From Verrucomicrobiales bacterium (GTDB taxonomy: Bacteria > Verrucomicrobiota > Verrucomicrobiia > Limisphaerales > UBA1100): a stretch of DNA of 64,000 nt. The notes under the pieces were generated by a model. The model made no database searches. It was not told the DNA's origin and was given only the letters and a program-made list of their open reading frames with translations. The stretch's first letter is position 1. Each line of letters begins with the position of its first letter. The stretch covers positions 1 through 64,000 of the forward strand of contig JAYOSV010000012.1 of assembly GCA_038139415.1 (NCBI GenBank), given 5' to 3'. Positions 16,620 to 24,709 of the stretch are shown here, piece after piece. The position numbers and the translations under genes are program-made.

Positions 16620-17657
16620 CTACCTCGCTTTAATCTCCACCGCCAAGTCCGGCAAATACATCGGCGAACTGCCGCACAACACGGCATCGGCTCCGGCCGC
16701 CATGAAATCCTCATAATCCTGCACCGACGACACCCCGCCCACCGCCGCCAACGCCAACGGCAATTCCTCGGCATCAATCACTGCCCGCGCCTCGCGCACC
16801 GCCTTGACGCACGGTTCATGGATGATTCGCCCCAACACACCGGCCCGGAGATATTGCTCCCCAAACACCGGTCGACCATCGGGATACCGCACCTCGCGTG
16901 CGATGCCGTTGACCAATGTAATTCCGTTCGCGCTACCGGAGACTGTCCGCAAAAAGTCCCGCTGTAATGGCGCATCTGGAAAAACCCCGATCTTTAACAA
17001 CAACGGCAAGTCCCCCATGCCCGAGCGAATGGTTTCAGTGACTGTTTCACTCAGGGCCACATCCGTGTACACCTGTCCTTCGGCTGAGCAGACATTGGGG
17101 CAGGAATAATTCGCCTCCACCACATCCGCCCCCGCTTCCACTGCCCAGGCCGCGCATTGCGCGTAATCATCGGCCACCTGCGCGGCACTCCATCCAGCTT
17201 CCGGGCTGGCCACCACAGAGACAATCAGCAATTGCCCCGGCACCAACGCCGCCTTCGCCCGGGCAATATCCTCACGCCAAAATGCCGGCTCACGAGATGG
17301 CATGCCGAAACAAACCGCTGAACTGACGGCCGCCGGATCCGCCGGAAACGTTTCGGTGGCAACCACCGGCCCCTCTCCGGCATCGGCATCCACGAATACC
17401 CAATTGGGTACTGGATAACATTCCCGTGCCACCGATCGCACCGTCTTGTAAGTCAACAAATCCCAACCCCGCGCCGCGTATGCCCCGATCCATTTGGCAT
17501 TGGGCAACAACCCGGCGGCTACGCCCAACGGACTATTAACCGCACGACCAAGAAACGGGCGTGGCGAAGTTTGTGGGACGGCAGGAACCGCATCGAGCTG
17601 CGGACCGCGCTCAAAGTTTTCAGCGTAAGTCGCAGCAATATCGTAGGCCAACTGCAC
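16620..17657 (-). CDS. Dihydroorotate dehydrogenase-like (class 1 DHOD/DHPD family) flavin oxidoreductase
   Basis: NYSCPN motif, as in the DHOD active-site loop (NxSCPN). TIM-barrel flavoprotein pattern with a C-terminal GG...D FMN-binding region. ~60-aa N-terminal extension. Could be pyrD or a paralogue. Confidence 0.6.
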   Translation of the reverse strand: MQLAYDIAATYAENFERGPQLDAVPAVPQTSPRPFLGRAVNSPLGVAAGLLPNAKWIGAYAARGWDLLTYKTVRSVARECYPVPNWVFVDADAGEGPVVATETFPADPAAVSSAVCFGMPSREPAFWREDIARAKAALVPGQLLIVSVVASPEAGWSAAQVADDYAQCAAWAVEAGADVVEANYSCPNVCSAEGQVYTDVALSETVTETIRSGMGDLPLLLKIGVFPDAPLQRDFLRTVSGSANGITLVNGIAREVRYPDGRPVFGEQYLRAGVLGRIIHEPCVKAVREARAVIDAEELPLALAAVGGVSSVQDYEDFMAAGADAVLCGSSPMYLPDLAVEIKAR

Positions 17658-17689
17658 GCGGAAAGGGTAATCGTTGGGAACGAAACTGG

Positions 17690-18706
17690 CTAGTTTTGAA
17701 CGAAGCGATAATTGCCGTCATTCTCCGCCGCGATTTGCTTGAGCACGGCTTCCCCCGATTTATCTTTGAAGGCAACGGTGTTTATTCGGATGACGGCTTG
17801 AGGATTGGCCTCCCGAATTTGGCCCAGCACTTCATGCTCATTCTTAAATTGACCGTCCGTCAGCAACCACACGGTATCGGGTTTGAGATTAAACGTAAAC
17901 CGCAAGGCATCGCGCGGATCGGTGCTGCCGCCCACATTACGCCCTTCGATCCAGCGCGCGGCCCACGCGACATTTTCCGGAGCCGCCGCCATCATCGCCT
18001 TCGCCGGCATTGGCTCCGCACCGTGATCGAAAAAGTAGACCATGAAGAGCGTGTCCGGTTTGAGGCTCCGCAGCGTGGCTATCAGTTCCCGCTTGGCTTT
18101 AGCGAGCCGGCCTTGGCTATTCATGCTGCCGGATTTATCGATCACAAAAACAAACCGTTTCCCCTTGCTGCGCGTGCCAAAGAAACTCACGCCCTCTTCC
18201 GGCTTGGTGTGAAGCATATGGAGATTCTGCACGGCGGCCCCGTGCCCCTGCAGGGCAGCTTTGCCCCACCAATATTCGGCCGCCGGCTTGTTCATGGGGC
18301 GACCTCGGCCGCTGAAAAATATATTCCCCAAATCCACCTGCGCCGCGGCATTCCCCACGGTGGCCTGGCGGATAAGATTCAGAATTTCAGGTTCCGAGGG
18401 CACCGGCTCTGGACTAGCCTCTCCGGATTGAACGGCTTGCGCGATTGGCGGCGTAGGATCCGACGCGGGTAACTTGCCCGGTTCGGGAGATTCTGGAGAA
18501 GGCGCCGTTTCCGCTTCGGGTTCATTGATCGAGGAAACCGCTGGTGATTCGTTTACCAACGCCTGCCCACTCTTCGCCACCCGTGGGTTTACAGGAGTCG
18601 CCGCGGGTTCATCTTTGGAACAACCGACCCAAGCCAAAGCTAACCAGAGGAGACTCGCGGTCGGGAGCAAAACACGCCTCATTGATAAAAATAACACTGT
18701 TTTCAA
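17690..18706 (-). CDS. von Willebrand factor A (VWA) domain lipoprotein
   Basis: Lipoprotein signal (LALAWVGCSKD). Pro/Glu/Ser-rich linker. VWA MIDAS motif FVFVIDKSGSM. Confidence 0.7.
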   Translation of the reverse strand: MKTVLFLSMRRVLLPTASLLWLALAWVGCSKDEPAATPVNPRVAKSGQALVNESPAVSSINEPEAETAPSPESPEPGKLPASDPTPPIAQAVQSGEASPEPVPSEPEILNLIRQATVGNAAAQVDLGNIFFSGRGRPMNKPAAEYWWGKAALQGHGAAVQNLHMLHTKPEEGVSFFGTRSKGKRFVFVIDKSGSMNSQGRLAKAKRELIATLRSLKPDTLFMVYFFDHGAEPMPAKAMMAAAPENVAWAARWIEGRNVGGSTDPRDALRFTFNLKPDTVWLLTDGQFKNEHEVLGQIREANPQAVIRINTVAFKDKSGEAVLKQIAAENDGNYRFVQN

Positions 18707-18720
18707 AGTCCCGCAACCGG

Positions 18721-19290
18721 CTAAGGGTCGAGGTATTTGCGGTTTTTATACACCGGAACCCCCAATAACTTCAGGTCACTGTGCACGGCCGTTCCCAGAG
18801 AGCGGACGGAAAACAAATGTTTTCCGGTGGCAGATTCATATCCAGTGATGGCGATGGCTGATTTACCCTCCTGGCGTTCGTATCTATAGAAATACGCGGA
18901 CGGCGTCTGGAAGGTACCCACGCTGGGTACGGGGATGGGAATAGAGGGGATGCCAATGTTTGTCTTGGATTCATCAATACCCAGACCGCCGGAGCGCGCC
19001 TCGACGATGACCTCAGCCTGATCGAGATCCGTCACCAGCTGGGCGCCCAATTGCAGTAACCGATCGCGCAACTCGCCTTGTGTGAATTCCACATCCACCG
19101 TCTTGAGATAAGTGACATTCACCGCCACCTTTTTGCCGGCCACTGCATCGGCCTGAATCTGGCGTGCGGCATCCTCCACGGCGCTGCTCATGATCAATTG
19201 CTCCGTAGCGGTACGTTCAGGCTGAGTCTCCCGCACAGACGTGCAACCCACGACACATAACAACGGCACTAGCAAAATCCATCGGGTCAT
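18721..19290 (-). CDS. Hypothetical lipoprotein
   Basis: Signal plus lipobox LLCVVGCTS. No recognised catalytic motif. Confidence 0.5.
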   Translation of the reverse strand: MTRWILLVPLLCVVGCTSVRETQPERTATEQLIMSSAVEDAARQIQADAVAGKKVAVNVTYLKTVDVEFTQGELRDRLLQLGAQLVTDLDQAEVIVEARSGGLGIDESKTNIGIPSIPIPVPSVGTFQTPSAYFYRYERQEGKSAIAITGYESATGKHLFSVRSLGTAVHSDLKLLGVPVYKNRKYLDP

Positions 19291-19327
19291 AACCCTCCCT
19301 TATCGCAGTTCCTTCCGCTTGGCAAGG

Positions 19328-20767
19328 TCACTCGCCCCAGCCTTCGGCCAAACGCACAAGCGTCCGCACGGCCACGCCGCTGGCGCCCGTGCCGCAGTTG
19401 GGTTGCGCCTTGTCCACCCAGCATGTGCCGGCGATGTCCAGATGCGCCCAGGGCGTGCCATCCACAAACTGTTCCAGAAACTTGCCGGCAGTGATGGTCC
19501 CAGCCTTACGATCCGCCGAGGCGTTACGCAGATCGCTCATGTCGCCCTTCATGGCGTCGAGATATTCCGGGTCCATCGGCAACGGCCAGAACCGTTCGCC
19601 GCACTGCCGGCCGCGCAGAGCGATGGCGTCGCCGAGATCCTTGTCGTTGCCCAGCAACGCCACCCGAATACTGCCCAAAGCGACACTCACTGCCCCTGTG
19701 AGCGTGGCGGCATTGACAATGTGCGTCGCGCCCAGACGGGTCGCGTAAGTCAAGGCATCGGCCAACACCAAACGGCCTTCGGCATCGGTGTTGATCACTT
19801 CAATGGTTTTACCGTTTAGCGCGGTGATGATATCGCCCGGGCGGGTGGCGGTGCCGCTGGGCATGTTTTCAGCCATGGCCAACAGGCAACTGACGCGCAC
19901 GCCCGGTTTGAGCCGGCCGATCGCGGTAATGGCGCCAAGCATGGTGCCTGCACCGCCCATATCATACTTCATTTTCTCCATGCCACCAGGCGGCTTGAGC
20001 GAGAGGCCGCCGGTGTCAAAGGTGATGCCTTTGCCGACGAGAAAGAGGTGATCGTTGCTCGTGGGATTTTCGGGCACATAACTCAGGCGCACGAGGCGCG
20101 GCGGACGCACCGAACCTTGCCCCACGGCCAACAGTGCACCGGCACCCATTTCGGAAAGGGCGGTTTCATCGAACACTTCCACTTCCAAACCGGCCGCCGC
20201 GCCTTCCTGCGCGGCCCGCATCGCAAATTCCTCTGGGCCCAAATCGTTGGCGGGAATCTCCACCAACTCGCGGGCGAGATTGATGCCCTGAGCTGTGAGC
20301 TGGCCGCGATCGGCTTCCGCCGGTTCCGCGCCGGTCAGGAGAATAACCTCCTCCACCGGCCACGATTTCTGATCTTTGTAACCACTTGGCCGATGCATAC
20401 CGTAGACCGCACCTTCAGCCATCAGTCGGGCATCCGTGCCTTCTGGCAGGAGAATAGCCACGGACCGACACTTGGCTTTGGCGGCTTGACGCACGGCCTG
20501 ACCGGCGGCGGCAAACCAGTGACGCGGCATCGGCTCGGCACCGACGCCCAAGAGAAAGAGGCGTTGCACGGAGGATTCGGGAACGCGATGGATTAGTGTG
20601 CATTGGCCGGCTTTGCCGGTCCATTCGCCGTTGTCGCGTAGTTCGCCGATTAAACCGCCTAGGCGAGCGTCCAGGGTCGCGTCCGGCGTGGTGCCGGTTG
20701 CCAGCGGAACTGCCAGCGCGTCAATGTCGAGTTCCTCCCAGTTTCCGGAGTGGATGGTGATTTTCAT
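19328..20767 (-). CDS. pepA: Leucyl aminopeptidase (M17 family)
   Basis: M17 signature NTDAEGRLVLADAL. Overall cytosol-aminopeptidase layout. The start overlaps the stop of the upstream acyltransferase gene (ATGA). Confidence 0.9.
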   Translation of the reverse strand: MKITIHSGNWEELDIDALAVPLATGTTPDATLDARLGGLIGELRDNGEWTGKAGQCTLIHRVPESSVQRLFLLGVGAEPMPRHWFAAAGQAVRQAAKAKCRSVAILLPEGTDARLMAEGAVYGMHRPSGYKDQKSWPVEEVILLTGAEPAEADRGQLTAQGINLARELVEIPANDLGPEEFAMRAAQEGAAAGLEVEVFDETALSEMGAGALLAVGQGSVRPPRLVRLSYVPENPTSNDHLFLVGKGITFDTGGLSLKPPGGMEKMKYDMGGAGTMLGAITAIGRLKPGVRVSCLLAMAENMPSGTATRPGDIITALNGKTIEVINTDAEGRLVLADALTYATRLGATHIVNAATLTGAVSVALGSIRVALLGNDKDLGDAIALRGRQCGERFWPLPMDPEYLDAMKGDMSDLRNASADRKAGTITAGKFLEQFVDGTPWAHLDIAGTCWVDKAQPNCGTGASGVAVRTLVRLAEGWGE

Positions 20768-21432
20768 AATGCTTCTTGGTCGGGGCCGGGCTCGATCTGA
20801 GCGATGGCGTGCAGTAGATCGGTGGCGGCCTGTTTATAGATTTCCTTCAGGCGATCCTTGTCCTTCGTCTGTTTTGCCTCGGCCCGAAGATCGGCGAAGT
20901 CGAGCGGTTCGCCAAACTTTATTTGTACCTGATACGGCCGGGGCAGCCAATGATGCCGCGCGTACGCCTCGTAGGCCCCGAATAATTTGATAGGCACAAC
21001 CGGCGCGGTACTCTTGATAATGATCAGCCCGATCCCCGGCTGCGGGGCGCGGATTTGGCCGGTGGGCGAGCGGGTGCCTTCGGGATACATGATCACCGCA
21101 TCGCCACTGCGCAGGCGGGAGAGGAACGTCTTCAGCCCGCGACCGGTTCCAGTTTGATCCACTGGAATGACGCGCCAACTGCGCAGTATGCGGCCGCCCA
21201 AGGGCACGTTGAAGGCACTCTCACGTGCCAACCCCACGACCATGCGTTCCAACGCGCTGACGACATAAACCGGATCCAGATAACTGACGTGGTTCGAGGC
21301 GAGGATCACTCCGCCCTTTGCCGGCACTCGCTCGCGATGGAGCACTTTCCAGCGAAACCAAATCCGGAAGAACATGCCAAATGTGAACCGGGCGAAACGA
21401 TACGAAAGCGTTGTCTCGGTTGGCTCAGGCAT
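20764..21432 (-). CDS. 1-acyl/alkyl-sn-glycerol-3-phosphate acyltransferase (PlsC/AGPAT family)
   Basis: HxxxxD motif NHVSYLDP and YPEGTRS motif. The start is set at MPEPTETT; the ORF-track 54-aa N-terminal extension overlaps the upstream gene and is rejected. Confidence 0.75.
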   Translation of the reverse strand: MPEPTETTLSYRFARFTFGMFFRIWFRWKVLHRERVPAKGGVILASNHVSYLDPVYVVSALERMVVGLARESAFNVPLGGRILRSWRVIPVDQTGTGRGLKTFLSRLRSGDAVIMYPEGTRSPTGQIRAPQPGIGLIIIKSTAPVVPIKLFGAYEAYARHHWLPRPYQVQIKFGEPLDFADLRAEAKQTKDKDRLKEIYKQAATDLLHAIAQIEPGPDQEAL

Positions 21433-21437
21433 GGCTG

Positions 21438-22250
21438 CTATTCCGTTTTGCCCTGCCCGCTGACCTTGCCACGCACCTTGCGGCGCAATAGGCCCGGCCA
21501 AAGCAGTTTTAGCCAGGGCACCAACCGCAGCTTGGCGGGCACCACCAATTCCCGATCCCGTCGACGCAACGCCTCGAGTACGGCCAACGAACATTCCTCG
21601 GCAGAAATGGATTCACTCGTGTGCGAGCGTCGACCGTCGCCGACCAGCGAGCCATCGGCCGAACAGGCATTGGCGCGCAGTTGGGTACCGCGTATCCAGT
21701 GCGGGTGCACGGTGAGCACGTTAATGCCCGTGCCTTCCAGGTCGTAGCGCAACGCCTCGCAAAAGCCTTCCAGCGCATGCTTACTAGCCACGTAACCTGT
21801 GTGGCTCGGCACGCCCATGCGACTTTGGATGCTGGCGATCGCGGCGAATTGGCCGCGACTCTTCTTGAGATACGGCAGGGCATGATGCATGCCGTGCACG
21901 GCTCCAAGATAGTTTACCTCCATTAACCGGCGGAAAATACTCAGGTCCTTCACTTCTTCAAACGGCGCCCACATGCTGAGGCCGGCGTTGGAGAGATACA
22001 GGTCCACTCCGCCAAATCGATTGACCGCGGCCTCCACCAAGGCGCCGCAATCCTCGGGCTGGGTGACATCGCCGATTACCGGGAGTGCTTCGCCGCCGGC
22101 TTCGTTGCAGATCTTGGCGGTTTCCTCCAACTCCGCTGCCTGGCGTCCGTGCAGCACGCAGTGTGCGCCACAGGACGCGAAGTCGCGCGCCAGTTGGCGG
22201 CCGAGGCCTGAGGAGGCTCCGGTGATTATGACGGTTTGACCGGCAAACAT
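21438..22250 (-). CDS. Short-chain dehydrogenase/reductase (SDR); candidate acyl/alkyl-DHAP reductase
   Basis: TGASSGLG cofactor motif. YxxxK (YVASK). The start overlaps the AGPS stop by 1 nt. Confidence 0.8.
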   Translation of the reverse strand: MFAGQTVIITGASSGLGRQLARDFASCGAHCVLHGRQAAELEETAKICNEAGGEALPVIGDVTQPEDCGALVEAAVNRFGGVDLYLSNAGLSMWAPFEEVKDLSIFRRLMEVNYLGAVHGMHHALPYLKKSRGQFAAIASIQSRMGVPSHTGYVASKHALEGFCEALRYDLEGTGINVLTVHPHWIRGTQLRANACSADGSLVGDGRRSHTSESISAEECSLAVLEALRRRDRELVVPAKLRLVPWLKLLWPGLLRRKVRGKVSGQGKTE

Positions 22251-23986
22251 CAGTTACCCTTCTTGAAAGATTGAATGACCTCTTCGGTCAAGCCCCATTC
22301 GGCCAACGGATGTTCGCCCGGGATGATCTTGCCGGGGTTCATGACCCCATTGGGGTCCAGCCCATTCTTTAGGGACGCCACGGCCTTGACGCCAGTGGGG
22401 GACAGATCCGCCTCGATCCACGGCAGATGTTCGGAACCCACAGCATGGTGATGACTGACCGTGCCGCCATGTTCCATGAAGGAATCTTCCGCGGCTTTCT
22501 TGACGTACAAATATTGATCCAACTCGCGCCCCTCGATCTGCCGGCAACCGAATGTGAAATAGAGGCTCGCGCCGGTGTGGTAGTTATGGCTGATGTGACA
22601 GCCCACCCACGGATCCGCGCCGGTGTCGCGAATGGCTTGGCGAATGTTTTCCAGTGTGCGGGTGTAGAGCGTCAGCAAATTGTCCCAAGTGGTGGCGGTC
22701 TCACTCACATCACCCATCACGCCACGGTCCATAAGATAATCGCGCACATGCGGGAAATCATATTTAGCCTCCTGAAAGGAGCGTCCAGGCCCTTCGCCCA
22801 GGCACACGCCGCCGTGGCGCTTGAAAATGTGGGCGGACTCCCGTCGTTGTTGGTGGAAGGTATCGTAATCCCCCTCACAAGCCGTAGTCATCATGCAGCA
22901 CTGGGTAAAGTCGAATCCCTTGATCGTGCGCAAATACCATTTCAGCGCGGCCCCGATCTGTGCCTTTAAGCCGGTGTCTGGTTTTTTGAATGCCGCACTC
23001 AGAGCCGTTTTGCCCGGATCATTCAACCGCGTGATCACCGGCATGATCCCCATGCGCATGCATGTCTGAATCGCCTTCACGCCGCTTTCGAAATCCGGAA
23101 ACAACCAACCTTCAAACACCTTATATTCCGGCAACCGGTGCACCTGCATGGTGAGCTCGGTAATCACTCCCAGAATTCCCTCACTGCCCACGCATAATCC
23201 GCGCACGTCAATTCCGTTGGAGGAATTCGGCACGGTACGGGTCACGATCGTGCCGCTGGGAGTAACCATGCGCAGAGCGATCACCATGTCCTCAATCTTA
23301 CCATACTTGTCGCTCTGCATGCCGGCCGATCGCGTGGCAACCCAGCCGCCGAGAGTGGAGTGCACAAAGGAATCGGGGAAATGCCCCAGCGTCACGCCTT
23401 CGGCTTCCAGCTGTTCCTCCATGTGCGGCCCGTACACGCCGGGTTGGATGCGGGCGATCAGGGATTTTTTATCCACCTCCAGCACTCGATGCATGCGACA
23501 CATGTCGAGGCTGACAATGAACCGGTTCTCGCGATCCTTGGGTTCCAGGCAGCCGGCGATGTTGGAGCCGCCGCCGAAGGGAATGAGCACCGCGTTGTGC
23601 TCGTGCGCAGCCTTCACGATGGCCACCACGTCCTCTTCACTGGCAGGATACACCACGAGGTCCGGCGCGACATCTACCTGCCCGCGACGCAACCGGAACA
23701 AATCCCGAAACGCCTTACCGGCCGCGTGCACCAAGCGATCCTTCTTGGTGGCGGACAATTGATTGGTCTTTAGCGCGACTTCTAGCGCCGCAGTGAATGG
23801 TCCATTCACCTTGGCCGCCGGTAAATCAACTTCCTCAAAGGAAACCGGTGGCGTGCGATGATCGTCGACCAAGCCCAGCTCACCCTTGAGGTACGGCCAC
23901 AGCTTCGGCTTGTCGGCATCGCTGAAGGTGACGTCTTCGTCGCCCCAGCCCCACCATTTCATGTGCCGCACAGTTGCATCAGCCAT
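22250..23986 (-). CDS. Alkyldihydroxyacetonephosphate synthase (AGPS; FAD-linked oxidase family)
   Basis: N-terminal KWWGWGDEDVTF, matching the AGPS RWNGWGY hallmark. FAD-binding PCMH-type domain. The AGPS-specific catalytic triple-His loop SHHHAVGSEH. The start overlaps the upstream acyltransferase stop by 8 nt. Confidence 0.85.
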   Translation of the reverse strand: MADATVRHMKWWGWGDEDVTFSDADKPKLWPYLKGELGLVDDHRTPPVSFEEVDLPAAKVNGPFTAALEVALKTNQLSATKKDRLVHAAGKAFRDLFRLRRGQVDVAPDLVVYPASEEDVVAIVKAAHEHNAVLIPFGGGSNIAGCLEPKDRENRFIVSLDMCRMHRVLEVDKKSLIARIQPGVYGPHMEEQLEAEGVTLGHFPDSFVHSTLGGWVATRSAGMQSDKYGKIEDMVIALRMVTPSGTIVTRTVPNSSNGIDVRGLCVGSEGILGVITELTMQVHRLPEYKVFEGWLFPDFESGVKAIQTCMRMGIMPVITRLNDPGKTALSAAFKKPDTGLKAQIGAALKWYLRTIKGFDFTQCCMMTTACEGDYDTFHQQRRESAHIFKRHGGVCLGEGPGRSFQEAKYDFPHVRDYLMDRGVMGDVSETATTWDNLLTLYTRTLENIRQAIRDTGADPWVGCHISHNYHTGASLYFTFGCRQIEGRELDQYLYVKKAAEDSFMEHGGTVSHHHAVGSEHLPWIEADLSPTGVKAVASLKNGLDPNGVMNPGKIIPGEHPLAEWGLTEEVIQSFKKGN

Positions 23987-24707
23987 GCAGTTCCTTCATC
24001 TTGCGAATACGTGATTCCATTTCGGTGGTGATGGCCGTGTAGATCGACCGCCCCTTGCCATGTTCCTCGGCAAAACGGTGCGGGTCAATCGCTTCGCCAA
24101 TATAAATTCGCACCCGCGTCGGGCGAATGATTTTCACGCCCTTAGGATAAGCGCGGTGGGTGCCGTCGATATACACCGGCACGATGGGCAGATTTAGCTC
24201 GGTGGCAATCATCGCCGCACCCTTTTTCATGGTCGACATATCGCCGGACTGCGACCGCGTTCCTTCGGGGTAGATGATGATGCTGCGATTCCGGTGCGAG
24301 GTAAATTCCCGGCAAGCCACCATCAACCGCACGATGCTCTCGCGCGACGCACCGCGATCAGCCGGGATCAAGTTCATCAGACGTGAGAGAAAATTGTTCC
24401 GGCTTTTGTTATCGAAAAAATAATCCTTCGCCGCCACCATGCCGTACTGGTCAAAATCCTCCCCGCCGGCATACATCAATGCCGCGCTGTCCATATGACT
24501 GCAGTGGTTGCTGCAAAAAATAAACGGCGCACTGGGTAGGTTCTCCCTTCCCTCCACCTTGGCTGGACACCAGAGATTGAAGAGTGCACGACAGAAGAGC
24601 TCAAAGCACTTGTGCCAAACCGCGGTCATCCCGCGCGGATCACTCTTTAGATACGCGTATTCCGGGTCCAGCTCCGCTTGCTTCAGCTTGTCCTGAAAGG
24701 TCGACAA
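23979..24707 (-). CDS. PlsC-family acyltransferase; candidate DHAP acyltransferase (GNPAT-like)
   Basis: HxxxxD motif NHCSHMDS. YPEGTRS motif. Position immediately 5' of AGPS. Confidence 0.7.
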   Translation of the reverse strand: MSTFQDKLKQAELDPEYAYLKSDPRGMTAVWHKCFELFCRALFNLWCPAKVEGRENLPSAPFIFCSNHCSHMDSAALMYAGGEDFDQYGMVAAKDYFFDNKSRNNFLSRLMNLIPADRGASRESIVRLMVACREFTSHRNRSIIIYPEGTRSQSGDMSTMKKGAAMIATELNLPIVPVYIDGTHRAYPKGVKIIRPTRVRIYIGEAIDPHRFAEEHGKGRSIYTAITTEMESRIRKMKELHG

Positions 24708-24709
24708 CC

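Noticed and set aside
16556-16777. 74-aa N-terminal extension of the amidohydrolase ORF (MMPRNCRWRWRRWAGCRRC…)
   Set aside because: Implausible Arg/Trp/Cys-rich composition. An internal Met gives a proper signal/lipobox N-terminus. The extension also overlaps the upstream DHOD-like gene.
17561-18472. 303-aa plus-strand ORF spanning the DHOD-like and VWA genes
   Set aside because: Arg/His-rich antisense frame across two well-supported minus-strand genes.
20764-21594. Longer 276-aa version of the AGPAT-like ORF
   Set aside because: The 54-aa N-terminal extension (Gly/Ala-rich) overlaps the SDR gene. The internal Met at 21432 gives a non-overlapping start with a membrane-anchor-like N-terminus.
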